From an uncultured virus (IMG/VR IMGVR_UViG_3300023210_000030) (Duplodnaviria; Heunggongvirae; Uroviricota; Caudoviricetes; Crassvirales), in IMG/VR virus record IMGVR_UViG_3300023210_000030: 64,000 bases of DNA. One strand, 5' to 3'. The position numbers were made by a program, and so were the translations under genes. The first letter of the stretch is position 1, and each line of letters begins with the position of its first letter. The notes beneath the pieces were generated by a model, which saw nothing but the letters and a program-made list of their open reading frames with translations, was not told the DNA's origin and made no database searches. Shown here in pieces: positions 40,138-51,187 of this stretch.

Positions 40138-42384
40138 TTATCTTATTAGTTGACTAATAGAACTCTCATTGTTATATCTTGCAAAGTTAACACTTATTTT
40201 GGATTTTTCTTTAGTAGGTGTGTAAAGGTGCTTTTGATTAGCCATGATAGCAAGACCTGAACTTATTGCTGCATCAAACTTTGTTCTATTACTAATGTCA
40301 AATTTTGCCCAATCTTCTAAAGTTTTTTGAAAAGGCATATCACCCATTATATTTTCATCTCTAAAAGTACCATCTAAGTCTATTCCTATATGTTTTTCTA
40401 TATAAGATTCTATTGCAGCAGCGTGTGATTGTTTTACATCTTCTGATGAATTTGGAATACCTCCTAATTCTCTTTCTGTCTTAGAAAGTTTATTAAATCT
40501 TTTATCTGGTCTATTCATACAAAAACCTCTATATCCTCTGTTTTTAAAATGATACAATAATCTTGGTTTATTATTTTCACATAAAATCGGCATACCGTAA
40601 AACACGCAAGCCATTAAAACTTCTTCAAAAAATATTTCAGCTGTTTGTGGCCGAGCAATATATTCTAAAAAAAACTGATTACTTGGCGCTTCGTCCATGT
40701 TAAACTTTGTCATTCCATGTAAAGCCCCGTTAGAACCTTTTCCGACAACAACTCCTGATATATCATATGAATCACAACCAAAGGACCCAATATGATCATT
40801 TCCAGGGTATTTAATTCCTTGTTTTAAAAAAACTCTATTTTGTAAGTTTTTATTTGGAGTCCAAGTTACTAAAAATCTTCCACTTTTATTAGGACTAAAA
40901 ATTACTTTACTGTCTTTAACACCATTCTCCCATTGAAAAGATCCTTTTGTAGTATGTTGTCCTAAAATTAAAGAATCATTATAATCAATTTGTTGATATA
41001 TTTTAGTTAAATTAAATAAAGACATTTTAGATTCATCTCTAAAAGCATGAGATTCTGTACGTGGAAATTGTCTGTAAAATTCATTTAAAGCATCAGGATC
41101 AGAAGAAAGAGAATCAACTTCATTTTTCCAATAATCAACAGCGCCAATTTTTATACTTTCTCCATCCATACCAATCACTGGTTTTTCAGGAGTAAATAAA
41201 ACAGGCATACCATATTTATCTATATAGCCTTCAAAATTCCACTCCATAGGAATAAATAAATTATATAATCCTGATTTAGTTTGTCCATTTTGATTTCTTT
41301 TACCTCCGTTTGAATCTTCAAATAATTTTTTAAAATTAGCTCCTCCTTTTTCTAAAGCATTAGAAGTTGATCCCATCATACATTTACCAATAATTTTACT
41401 ACCTAATCTTAAACAAGTTTTGGTTACACGCCAGTTATTTAAAATGTTTTCTGGCCTTTCCCACTTACCACTTTCATCATGTAATAAGTATTGTAACTTT
41501 TCACCATCATAAGAGTTATCCGATGTATTTTTCCAGTCTATTGTGGTGTCTAACCCATCAATATCTTCATCGTCAGTAACATACATATTTTTTTTAGTAA
41601 TTTTAGAAGCAGGAACTCTGTATGCTAATTCAGTTTTTGGTTTATCCATACCATCTTGAATAGGTTTAAAAAAGAATGGATAATTATTAGATATAGGAAC
41701 AACTTTATCTGTAAACATTTTTTTTGCATCAGCTCCTGTTTTAGATAAAATACCTATACGTGCATCTCTTGTAATTGTAGCTTGATTTACTCCTTCACAA
41801 GAACTCATGAAAGAAAACCCAGACCTTCTAATTTTTAAATAACACATTCCAAAAGACCTAACGTCAGCTTTACACGCTTCCCAAAATATATAAAATATTC
41901 TATTGGCTTCTCTAAAATCAGGATGACCAACATCTATTTTTGTCCATTGTAAATACATATAATGTGTTCCAGTAATATATGTAGAAATACCGTTGTTTAA
42001 AAACCAACAACCTTGTTCTCTTTTATTAAATTCAGTTTCTATATAATCAACCCATGAATTTTTAAATGCAACTGGCTGTTCATTCCATTGAAAAATTGTA
42101 GAAATACGTTTTAATGCTTTTGGTAATATTGTAGGAGACCATACTTGATTATCTTTTTTTTCTTTTTGATTATCAAATGTTTTTGGAGTTTTAGGTAGTC
42201 CTATTATAACATTACTAATTTCATAAATATCTCCAAGTGTTCCGTCACGAGAAATGACTACTAATTTATATTTTTCATTATATCCATAACTCCATGTTTT
42301 TGCTTTATTCTTATTTACAAGAACATTTTTAGGAATATAATTTTTTAATATTTTAAATATACTATTTTGATCTTGACTCTGCAA
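40138..42384 (-). CDS. terL: terminase large subunit
   Basis: KIRRSGFS (Walker A variant), LLHDESGKW (Walker B), GSTSN, RQFPRTESHAF, GCDSYD nuclease, FDAAISSGLA. Confidence 0.9.
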   Translation of the reverse strand: MQSQDQNSIFKILKNYIPKNVLVNKNKAKTWSYGYNEKYKLVVISRDGTLGDIYEISNVIIGLPKTPKTFDNQKEKKDNQVWSPTILPKALKRISTIFQWNEQPVAFKNSWVDYIETEFNKREQGCWFLNNGISTYITGTHYMYLQWTKIDVGHPDFREANRIFYIFWEACKADVRSFGMCYLKIRRSGFSFMSSCEGVNQATITRDARIGILSKTGADAKKMFTDKVVPISNNYPFFFKPIQDGMDKPKTELAYRVPASKITKKNMYVTDDEDIDGLDTTIDWKNTSDNSYDGEKLQYLLHDESGKWERPENILNNWRVTKTCLRLGSKIIGKCMMGSTSNALEKGGANFKKLFEDSNGGKRNQNGQTKSGLYNLFIPMEWNFEGYIDKYGMPVLFTPEKPVIGMDGESIKIGAVDYWKNEVDSLSSDPDALNEFYRQFPRTESHAFRDESKMSLFNLTKIYQQIDYNDSLILGQHTTKGSFQWENGVKDSKVIFSPNKSGRFLVTWTPNKNLQNRVFLKQGIKYPGNDHIGSFGCDSYDISGVVVGKGSNGALHGMTKFNMDEAPSNQFFLEYIARPQTAEIFFEEVLMACVFYGMPILCENNKPRLLYHFKNRGYRGFCMNRPDKRFNKLSKTERELGGIPNSSEDVKQSHAAAIESYIEKHIGIDLDGTFRDENIMGDMPFQKTLEDWAKFDISNRTKFDAAISSGLAIMANQKHLYTPTKEKSKISVNFARYNNESSISQLIR

Positions 42385-42640
42385 ATCCTCTTAAAGTATT
42401 AGTTTTAGAATCGGAAACATTTCCATCTAATAAATTTTTTTCTTCTTCTATTTTTTTTAAAATTTCAAAAGCATCCATAATACATAATTTTTTTGTTGCC
42501 GCAGCATTTTTTAATCTATCGGCAGCCAACTCATCTTCTGTATCAAATTTAATAATATCTTCTTTTGCAACTTTTATTAATTGACTTACAGCTTTTTTAC
42601 CAGCTTCTATTATTTGTATTTTTAATTCTTTACTATTCAT
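42362..42640 (-). CDS. hypothetical helical protein, possible terminase small subunit
   Basis: 92 aa overlapping the terL start; assignment from position only. Confidence 0.5.
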   Translation of the reverse strand: MNSKELKIQIIEAGKKAVSQLIKVAKEDIIKFDTEDELAADRLKNAAATKKLCIMDAFEILKKIEEEKNLLDGNVSDSKTNTLRGFAESRSK

Positions 42641-43202
42641 TTAAAATTATAGTTATATTAGGAGTTAACATTCTATAAAGAACCTCTCCATCTACAGTAA
42701 ATTCGTATTCACTATCTGGTTCAAAGATAATTTCATCTCCTTCATTAACGCCTAAAGATAATAATTGTTTGTTAATATATTTAATAACACCAACTAAAGG
42801 TTCATATTTAGAACCTTTATCTATAAAAGATTCTTTTTTTAAGACAGGTTTTACAAAACAATATTTACCATGAGCGTTCCATTTACCATCATGTTTGTAC
42901 AAAAAAAATTGATCTTGTTCTACAAAAAACAAATTTTCTTTAAAAAAACTTTTACCGCTTTTAATATTACCATACATATCGTTGTAAAATTTAAATACAT
43001 TGTGATGCACAAGTAATGTGTCTCCTATTTCTATTTCTCCATTATAATGTAAAGGTAAAGATATAACTGTGGCAAAACGATTTGAAGCCTGATGGTCTTC
43101 TTCGGAAACACTTGTAATAAAATCTAAGCCTCCTATATTTTTAATATTATCGTATCTTCTATTATTATATGGTTCAACTATAAATGAGTATAAAGACCTC
43201 AT
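42633..43202 (-). CDS. tandem GroES-like (two-domain co-chaperonin) protein
   Basis: Two units with GroES-like pattern: FIVEP...ATVISLP...IEIGDTLLV and CFVKPV...GVIKY...GVNEGDEIIF...FTVDGEVLYRM. Confidence 0.6.
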   Translation of the reverse strand: MRSLYSFIVEPYNNRRYDNIKNIGGLDFITSVSEEDHQASNRFATVISLPLHYNGEIEIGDTLLVHHNVFKFYNDMYGNIKSGKSFFKENLFFVEQDQFFLYKHDGKWNAHGKYCFVKPVLKKESFIDKGSKYEPLVGVIKYINKQLLSLGVNEGDEIIFEPDSEYEFTVDGEVLYRMLTPNITIILNE

Positions 43203-43426
43203 TAAAAGTTAATATTATATTCTAAGGTTATAGGCAGAGTATAAAGAAATTCTTTCCAAACAAATATTTCTTTATTCTTTTCTACCCATAATAAATAAGA
43301 TTGAGTTTCGTGTTTTGATTGTATTAAATGTATGCGGTATTTTCCACCTAAAACAGGTTGGCCTACTATGTAGTGCATTGAACCAGATTTATAATCTGAC
43401 CCAACAGAAATTTTTCTAATATCCAT
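43202..43426 (-). CDS. hypothetical protein
   Basis: IRKISVGSDYK..MHYIVGQ; TAATG-coupled to the GroES-like gene. Confidence 0.8.
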   Translation of the reverse strand: MDIRKISVGSDYKSGSMHYIVGQPVLGGKYRIHLIQSKHETQSYLLWVEKNKEIFVWKEFLYTLPITLEYNINF

Positions 43427-43432
43427 TTAATT

Positions 43433-43567
43433 TTATTTTTGTTCCTCTACTAAACCTTTGTTAATCTCCGCTGTAATCTCCTCTACTATAGGTAATGTAC
43501 TAATTGGTAGTGATTGTAGTAAGCGGTTTATATGTTTTATAGATTCTTCATTTAATTCAACTTTCAT
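43433..43567 (-). CDS. small hypothetical protein (44 aa, not in ORF track)
   Basis: MKVELNEESIKHINRLLQSLPISTLPIVEEITAEINKGLVEEQK; (TTAAA)n leader. Confidence 0.65.
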   Translation of the reverse strand: MKVELNEESIKHINRLLQSLPISTLPIVEEITAEINKGLVEEQK

Positions 43568-43582
43568 TTAATTTAATTTAAT

Positions 43583-46500
43583 TTATACTACCGCATCAAG
43601 TGGTATGTAATAGTCAACTCCATTTATTTTTACTGTCCATCTTCCAGATTGAGTAAAAGTTGTAACTGCATCTGTAACTCCTAAATTATGAAGAGCTGTT
43701 CCAATTGCAAGTTGATTAACCGCATCTGTAGATGCTCCTCTACCAATTGCACAACTATTAGCATTAAGGTTACTTGTTCCTTGCCCTATTGATATTGCAT
43801 AATCGGCATCAGCTGAAGCGTTTGCTCCAATAGCTATTGAATAATTTTCATTAGCGGTAGCTTGATTTCCAATACCTATAGCGCCAGTTATTAGACTTGT
43901 GGTACCTCCTCTTGATTGCGGCCCTATAGCAATGTTATCTGATCCTTTTGTTTGTGAAGATCTTCCTATTGCAATATTATCTTCTACTGCATCTGCATTG
44001 TCCATAGCATTTTCACCTATAGCAATATTATAATCACCTGTAACAGTTGCGCTGGCTGCCATAGCATTTTTTCCTATAGCTATTTGATTTGTTCCACCTA
44101 CTCTGTTAATTAAGGCTTGAAATCCTAAAGCAATAGATTCTGAAGTAACCCCTGCTTGCATAGCGCTTTTACCAATTGCTATTGGATTAATATTAGCTTT
44201 ATTTGTTTGAGAAGAATTATTACCAGCATAATACCCTAAAAATACCGCTCCTCCTACTGCTGATGTTGAATTAAACTCTCCTGAATGACCACCTATAGAA
44301 ACATTTCCTATTCCTTGTATTAAATCAGTAACTCCGTTGTCATCACCCGCCTGAGCTTTATATCCTATTGCAACTCTTGCTGTTTCTTCATTAGTACCTA
44401 CTGCAGGTGTGCTATTTGAACCATAAAATAATGCTTGATATCCAATAGCAATGTCAGCCCCACCATATGATTCTTTTGCTGCTTCACATCCTATTGCAAT
44501 ATTATATGTTTGAACTGTAGCAGTTAAAGATTGTGCATCTTTTCCTATTGCTACATTACATTCTCCAAAAGTATTTGCCGCTAATGCATTTAATCCTATT
44601 GCAGTATTAGCCTTTCCATTTATACTATTAGTAGCTGCTAATGCCGAATCACCAATAGCTACATTATTATCACCTAAATTATTAGCTGCTAATGCATTAA
44701 CACCTATTGCTAAGTTTTTAAGTCCTTCTGTATTAGCTGCTAAAGCGCTTGTACCTACTGCAATATTATCTGAACCTCCAAGATTAGCTGTTAATGAACT
44801 TGTTCCAATAGCTACATTATTACTTGTTGTTTGACTGGCCTGTAAGGCACTCGTTCCAAGTGCTATATTACTTCCCCCTGTTAAGTTCCCTGCTAATGCG
44901 CTTGTTCCAAGAGCTATATTACTTCCACCGCTTGATGTTGCCGCTAATGCACTTGTTCCAATAGCTATATTACTACTTGATGATGCTGAAGCTTGTAATG
45001 CATTTGAACCAATAGCAATAGTGTTTGAACCACCTGTTGTTGCTGCACCCGCATTATTACCTATAAATACTGAAGAAGAAGAACTATCATTAATTCCTGC
45101 CGCATCTACATTACTCCATCTATAGGAGCCTCCAACTGCATTATATATAAATCCTTTAGCAAGTCCACCTGAACCTAATACTAAATTATATCCTTGTTTT
45201 GTTGTAACTCCATTTGCTATTGCAACACTTGACTTCGCACCATCAGCAGCATCTTCAGCAAAAATAATACTTCTTTTTAATCCTGCTGCTGTATCAGCGC
45301 CAGAGTCTGCCTTATATATCCATCCCACTGGTTCATCAGGAATAGCAAATGATTTAATAGCTATTTTTAAATTATCAGCTGTAGCTTCTATTCCGTTATA
45401 AAAATTAGTTACACTACCTTCTCCTGCTCCACCACTTCCTGCACCTTCTGTTGTTCCATCTATTTGAAATACTCCTGATGTAGTTATTGCTGTTCCTGCT
45501 GTACCGTCATCTCCTGAAAGCTGTATTGATGTAACTGTACCTGTAGTAAGTGTAGGAAATTCTACAAGAACACCTGTTCCGTCAACATATTGATCTGTTG
45601 TTCCTGTTGAAGTTAATGCTAAAGTTCCAGAAGCTGTTACAGGGCCTCCTGACACTGCAAATGCAGCAGCTCCTGCAGAAGCAGTACCACCTGTTACATT
45701 ATAACTTATATCTACTGATGTTACTGTACCACTTGGAACAGTAGCCCATGTAGCATCTCCTCTTAAGAATTTATCGTAATCTGCTGAAGCTCCTAAAGGC
45801 TGAGGAACTAATCCACTTGTTCCGTCTGCTGGAACACTTGTAGCTCCTTGAAATACACTATATTGTGTGTCCGTTGGTGTTACCCAATTACCAGTCCCTT
45901 GTAAAAATTGTAATTCATTTGCAATTAAAGGAGCTGGAACTGCACCTTTTAATCCATTAGTACCACTTGTTGCTCCTGTAAAGGTATTTATAGTTATATC
46001 AGGTGTTGCTCCACCTGTTGATTGTATTGGTAAAGTTCCTGAAACGGCCGTAACTGTACCGCTTGGGACAGTAGCCCATGTACCGTCTCCTTTTAAATAC
46101 TTAACATTATCGGTTATTCCAGGTGCTGGTACAGCACCTTTTGTTCCTAAACCAACGGTTACACCATCTGAACCTACGAAAGCTGCTAAAGATACTGTAA
46201 CAGTATTAGGAACAGCACTAACAGCTGCTATACTTAATCCATCTGTTGATGTCCCTTTAAAGTTTATTACTTCCCCATCTCCTATCGTTACAGCAGTACC
46301 TCCGTCTCCTTGTATATCAAATCCTGCATAAGAATTGTTAACCGCCCATGTACCGTCTCCTTTTAAAAATTTATTGTAGTCTGTTGCTCCTGATGTTCCT
46401 AATGGTGCTGGAACCCCTCCAGGATTACCATCTACACCACTTGATGCTGCAGTAAATGCATTTAATGTTATGTTAGCTTGATCTGATGCTGCAACACCAC

Positions 46501-49500
46501 CTACTACAGTAATACCTCCTGTACCGTTTAGTGTTAATGTGTCTGTTGCGCTTAGTGTTTGATCGTTACCACTATCTCCTGCAAATATCCAATTTTGATA
46601 ATCATCAGAAGTAGGTAATGTAACAGTCTCAAACTGAACTGCCGTTATATGACCTTGTGTTGATGATGTAATAGTTTTAGCAATAACAAAATCCCCTCCT
46701 GAACCTGGTGATAAAGTTGTAGCCGTAGGGTCAGCTCTTGTTATTGCATCATGGTTAAATGTTACGTTATTTGTTGCAGAAACAGTAGATGTTATATCTG
46801 TACCACTTAAAAAGTTTACTGTTGCACCGCTTGTTATTGTTTGTGTTATTGGTGTTGAAGCATCGTCTGATATTACAAAATCATATGCAGACCCTGCAGG
46901 CGTAGCCCATGTACCATCTCCTTTCAAGAATTTATCGTAATCTGAAGAAGCTTCAAGTGGTGCGGGTACGGCACCACTTGTTCCGTCTGCTGGAACACTT
47001 GTAGCTCCTGTAAAAGTATTTATAGATACCGCTGGTATAGCTGGGTTAGTTACATTATCTAATACTATAGGTAAAACACCTGATACTGATGTTACTGTAC
47101 CACCACCAGCCATTGTTGTCCAACCCGCTGTACTTAAGAACTTTCCGTCATCAGCTACCAAAGGCGCTGGCACACCTCCTTGTAATCCTGGTGTTGCACC
47201 TGGAACATCTGGTGCCGTAAAAGGATCTAAGTTTATTATTAATTTATTTGGGAGTTGCACAGCCCCTGTGTTTGTTGAAATACCAGTTCCCCCCGTAAAT
47301 AAAACTTCTCTTTGATCTGGAACCCCTTGATTTGATGTACCAGCATCTCCTGACATAAACCAAGCATTGTAAGAATCGTTTGTTTCCCAAGTTCCGTCAC
47401 CTTTTAAAAATTTTAGGCTATCATTTATTGTAGGTGCTGGTACGGCACCTATAACACCATCTGCTGGAGTAACAAGGTCTGGCCCTTGAAATGCTTCTAA
47501 ATTAATTGTTGCTATATGGTTAGGGTTTGTTCCTGATACAACTGTATTCAGTCCATCACCCCCTAAAATTGATACATTCTCATCATCAGTTACTTGCTTA
47601 CTTCCTGTATCTCCAATTAATGTCCATCCTAAAAGAGAACCGTTTACATAGGCACTCAAGTCTGAAGCCACTACTTTACTAACTGGTGTCCCACCTACTG
47701 TATTACTTGCATCAGATAGAATAAAAACATCAGTATCAGCCACAGTTGTTACAGTAAGAGAAGTTGCTAATATAAAATTATTAGCAGGAGTAACAAGGTC
47801 AGCATAAATTAATGAAACTATATTTGTCGCAGGATCTATATTTATAGGCACTGTTCCTGTATATGATGAGCCTGGAACAGAAGTCCATGTACCGTCTCCT
47901 TTTAAAAATTTATTAACATCAGCTACTAATGGTTGAGGAACAGTTCCTTTTGAACCATTTGTTAAATTAGAAACGTCTGGCCCTGTAAAATCAGTTATGT
48001 TTAACGCTGGTACAGCTGGGTCAGTTGTTGAGTCTACTGTTAATGGTGCTGATACTGACACTCCTGTTAAAGTACCTGAACCTGAAGGTGTTGCCCATGT
48101 GCCGTCTCCTTTTAAGAATTTATCGTAATCAGTTCCTCCAACTCCAATAGGTGCAGGGACTAATCCTGCTGTTCCATCAGCACCGTTTGGAGGTGATGCA
48201 GATGAGTCTTGAGCTCCAACAAAATTAACGTATTCTGTGTTTGGCGGAGTAACCCATGTGTTATCTGCTCTTAAATATGAAGTTAAAACTGTAGCTCCAT
48301 CTAAAGAGGCTGTAGGAGCAGTTAATCCTACTGTTAAAATATTAGTAGCACTAATATCTAATCCTATGTAATTGTAATCTATAAGATTTATTGTATTTGT
48401 TTGTTCTGTAAATGTTATTGTGTTGTTTGTAACATCTATTGTTCCTCCAGCACTTACAGGGCTTGTAGCTATTGCAAAAGAAGACATTCCTGAACCTGTA
48501 GACGAATCAATAGTAATTACGTTAGCCGCTGTTGTTATTGTTGTACCTCCTGTTCCTAAAAACTCCACTGTATCACTTGAAAAGTCTGATCCTGATAGCA
48601 CTAATTTATTATCAGTATTTCCTATATTTTGAACTGTATATGTTGCATTATTATTTCCTCCCGATATAGTTATTGTATCACCATCTTCATAACCCGCACC
48701 AGGACTATTTATTGAAGTTGCAGTTATTTCTCCTGTAGTTGGATCAACGATAACTATATTTATCGCAAACCCTGATCCTGTTGCGCTATTAGTTGTTGTT
48801 GCAGCAGCCCCTACCGAATAACCTGTTCCTCCACTTACCTGTAAAATATTTAAGCTATCTATTGTCCCTCCTGCTCCTAATTCATATGTTGTATTATTTG
48901 ATGCTGTTCCATTTGTAGCAGAAGTTATTCTTCCGTAAGCATCAACAGTTAAATTAGTATTTGTATAAGACCCTACTGTTACTCCAGTTAATGGTAAATC
49001 AACATCTAACGTTCCTGAAGACGTAATAGGACCACCCGAAACACTTAAAGTACCGAGTGTAGAAGAAATATCAACTGATGTTACAGTACCTCCACCTGCA
49101 GAAGAACTTATAGTTATCTCACCAGCTGGACTACTACTTGATTGAACTAATTTAATATTAGTTCCTTCTTTAAATCTAACAGTACTGCTTCGGCCTGAAG
49201 TATCACTATTTTGTAAATCTTTTGGTCCTGAATTACTACTAATTATTAATCTACAAGGAGTTATACTTGTTCCACCTGAAACAACAAACATTTGATTAAC
49301 AGGATAACCCGTTCCTGGTGTTGTAATTGTTGCTGATTGTACAATACCTCCACTTGTATTTAAGGTAACTATTAATCCTCCTGTACCTACACTAACATTT
49401 GGAGTGGTAGGATCAGTGTATCCCGTACCACCTTGATTAACATCTATTGTAAGAGGTACTTGACCAGTAAAACTATTTAACCAAGATAAATTCCAATCAG

Positions 49501-51175
49501 CTCCATTTGGATTTGAAAATTTTCCTGTAGCATCATAGTATCTATTTGAACTTATTGTATTAATAACAATTTCAGCCGTAATACCTGTAGAACCAGGTAC
49601 CGTAACTCTGTCTCCAGGCAGATAACCTGTTCCTCCTGAAACAACTGAATAATCAGAACTATTAGCAATAGTAGTAGATAATACATTAATTGTAAATCCT
49701 GATCCTTGCCCTGAAACTGTATCACAAACAACGCTGTTTGATGGTGTATAATTATCTCCGTTTGTTGAAATTTGTTCAGTAAGAACAACTCCTGTTCCTG
49801 CAGGAATAGATGTTCCTGTTGTCAGTAAACTTCCTAATACACTTGGTACAGCGGCTGTTCCACCTATTGATGTATTAATATAGTTAGATGTTCCACCTAC
49901 TATAGAAGTTACAACTCCTGACCCTCCTGCTGCTGGTTCCCAAGTTGGTGTAAGAAATGGTCCTGCTGAAGTTAATACTTGACCAGATGTTCCTGAACTT
50001 GCACCTAAATAAATAGGTGTATAATCACCAGGTAAATTTAAAGAACCTCCTACAGATATTATACCCTGTGCAGCAGGAACAGTTACATCACCATTACCTA
50101 CTAATGTTATATTAGCAGATGTACCACTTGCACTATTTCCATTATCTAAAACTTCTTGTAAAGTTAAAGATAATCCACTTACTTGTGTCCACGTAGGAGT
50201 TAATAAATCTCCTTGAGAAGTTAAAACGTAACCCGCTGTTCCTGCGCTTCCCTTAAGTCTTAATTCTGTAAAATCTCCTTGAAAATCTAAAGCTCCACCG
50301 CTAATATTTAAAAATCCTGTTGTTGCTGGAACTGTTGCATCAGCATCTCCTACTACTTTAACAGTACCTAAAAAATTAACTTGTGTATCTGCATCAAAAC
50401 TTGTTGTTGAACCAGTATTAGTTCCAATAAACTCAATGCCTACTCCTGTTAAAACATTATCAAACGATGCAGTTGGAGTACATACATCCTGTAGTGTAGG
50501 AGAAGTTACTGTAGGACTGCTTGTCCATTCTAAACCTGTTTCATCTGAATTTACAGCTAAAAACTGACCATCTGTTCCAAATACTCCGTCAATTTGTAAT
50601 TGTGTTTTTTCTTGTAAATTTAAAGCATATGTTGCTATCACAGCTGCAGGATCACCAATTGTAACAGTATTCTGTATATCAACTATACCATTCCATAATA
50701 AAGAAGTGTTTATGCTTCCTGTTAAAGCTCCTGGTGAAGCAACATCATTGGTGAAATTCATACTACTGTCATCCACCACAAGAGTTCTTGCTGTTACAGT
50801 ATTTCCATTAGCAACAACTTCATCCCAAGTTAAAGTAGTTCCAGGAGCAGGAATCCATGCGATTCCCGTTCCTGTAGAACTTAATACTTGTCCATTTGTA
50901 CCATGACTTCCTTGTGTTCCTGCTGATATTACAGTTGGAAAAACATCTACAGCACTTAAAATACCTGTGCCTGTAAGTGTTATATTGTTAGAAGCGGTAT
51001 TACCTACATTTAAAACAGATTGTAAATCTTGTAATCCTCCCCCACCACCAGAAATTAAATCACTGACTAAAAATGTTACGGTTTTGTTATTATCGTTAAC
51101 ATCAGTTCCTATAAGCAAGTCTGATGCCGAAGGGACGATGGTTGGATATACCGTAGTATTAAATATTTTAGCCAT
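43583..51175 (-). CDS. very long tail fibre/adhesin with a YadA-head-like C-terminus
   Basis: 2530 aa, Thr/Gly-rich; about 10 G.VPAP...KFLKGDGTW repeats; GGTGY modules; many 14-aa N(I/V)AIG..AL repeats. Confidence 0.85.
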   Translation of the reverse strand: MAKIFNTTVYPTIVPSASDLLIGTDVNDNNKTVTFLVSDLISGGGGGLQDLQSVLNVGNTASNNITLTGTGILSAVDVFPTVISAGTQGSHGTNGQVLSSTGTGIAWIPAPGTTLTWDEVVANGNTVTARTLVVDDSSMNFTNDVASPGALTGSINTSLLWNGIVDIQNTVTIGDPAAVIATYALNLQEKTQLQIDGVFGTDGQFLAVNSDETGLEWTSSPTVTSPTLQDVCTPTASFDNVLTGVGIEFIGTNTGSTTSFDADTQVNFLGTVKVVGDADATVPATTGFLNISGGALDFQGDFTELRLKGSAGTAGYVLTSQGDLLTPTWTQVSGLSLTLQEVLDNGNSASGTSANITLVGNGDVTVPAAQGIISVGGSLNLPGDYTPIYLGASSGTSGQVLTSAGPFLTPTWEPAAGGSGVVTSIVGGTSNYINTSIGGTAAVPSVLGSLLTTGTSIPAGTGVVLTEQISTNGDNYTPSNSVVCDTVSGQGSGFTINVLSTTIANSSDYSVVSGGTGYLPGDRVTVPGSTGITAEIVINTISSNRYYDATGKFSNPNGADWNLSWLNSFTGQVPLTIDVNQGGTGYTDPTTPNVSVGTGGLIVTLNTSGGIVQSATITTPGTGYPVNQMFVVSGGTSITPCRLIISSNSGPKDLQNSDTSGRSSTVRFKEGTNIKLVQSSSSPAGEITISSSAGGGTVTSVDISSTLGTLSVSGGPITSSGTLDVDLPLTGVTVGSYTNTNLTVDAYGRITSATNGTASNNTTYELGAGGTIDSLNILQVSGGTGYSVGAAATTTNSATGSGFAINIVIVDPTTGEITATSINSPGAGYEDGDTITISGGNNNATYTVQNIGNTDNKLVLSGSDFSSDTVEFLGTGGTTITTAANVITIDSSTGSGMSSFAIATSPVSAGGTIDVTNNTITFTEQTNTINLIDYNYIGLDISATNILTVGLTAPTASLDGATVLTSYLRADNTWVTPPNTEYVNFVGAQDSSASPPNGADGTAGLVPAPIGVGGTDYDKFLKGDGTWATPSGSGTLTGVSVSAPLTVDSTTDPAVPALNITDFTGPDVSNLTNGSKGTVPQPLVADVNKFLKGDGTWTSVPGSSYTGTVPINIDPATNIVSLIYADLVTPANNFILATSLTVTTVADTDVFILSDASNTVGGTPVSKVVASDLSAYVNGSLLGWTLIGDTGSKQVTDDENVSILGGDGLNTVVSGTNPNHIATINLEAFQGPDLVTPADGVIGAVPAPTINDSLKFLKGDGTWETNDSYNAWFMSGDAGTSNQGVPDQREVLFTGGTGISTNTGAVQLPNKLIINLDPFTAPDVPGATPGLQGGVPAPLVADDGKFLSTAGWTTMAGGGTVTSVSGVLPIVLDNVTNPAIPAVSINTFTGATSVPADGTSGAVPAPLEASSDYDKFLKGDGTWATPAGSAYDFVISDDASTPITQTITSGATVNFLSGTDITSTVSATNNVTFNHDAITRADPTATTLSPGSGGDFVIAKTITSSTQGHITAVQFETVTLPTSDDYQNWIFAGDSGNDQTLSATDTLTLNGTGGITVVGGVAASDQANITLNAFTAASSGVDGNPGGVPAPLGTSGATDYNKFLKGDGTWAVNNSYAGFDIQGDGGTAVTIGDGEVINFKGTSTDGLSIAAVSAVPNTVTVSLAAFVGSDGVTVGLGTKGAVPAPGITDNVKYLKGDGTWATVPSGTVTAVSGTLPIQSTGGATPDITINTFTGATSGTNGLKGAVPAPLIANELQFLQGTGNWVTPTDTQYSVFQGATSVPADGTSGLVPQPLGASADYDKFLRGDATWATVPSGTVTSVDISYNVTGGTASAGAAAFAVSGGPVTASGTLALTSTGTTDQYVDGTGVLVEFPTLTTGTVTSIQLSGDDGTAGTAITTSGVFQIDGTTEGAGSGGAGEGSVTNFYNGIEATADNLKIAIKSFAIPDEPVGWIYKADSGADTAAGLKRSIIFAEDAADGAKSSVAIANGVTTKQGYNLVLGSGGLAKGFIYNAVGGSYRWSNVDAAGINDSSSSSVFIGNNAGAATTGGSNTIAIGSNALQASASSSSNIAIGTSALAATSSGGSNIALGTSALAGNLTGGSNIALGTSALQASQTTSNNVAIGTSSLTANLGGSDNIAVGTSALAANTEGLKNLAIGVNALAANNLGDNNVAIGDSALAATNSINGKANTAIGLNALAANTFGECNVAIGKDAQSLTATVQTYNIAIGCEAAKESYGGADIAIGYQALFYGSNSTPAVGTNEETARVAIGYKAQAGDDNGVTDLIQGIGNVSIGGHSGEFNSTSAVGGAVFLGYYAGNNSSQTNKANINPIAIGKSAMQAGVTSESIALGFQALINRVGGTNQIAIGKNAMAASATVTGDYNIAIGENAMDNADAVEDNIAIGRSSQTKGSDNIAIGPQSRGGTTSLITGAIGIGNQATANENYSIAIGANASADADYAISIGQGTSNLNANSCAIGRGASTDAVNQLAIGTALHNLGVTDAVTTFTQSGRWTVKINGVDYYIPLDAVV

Positions 51176-51187
51176 ATAATTTCATTT

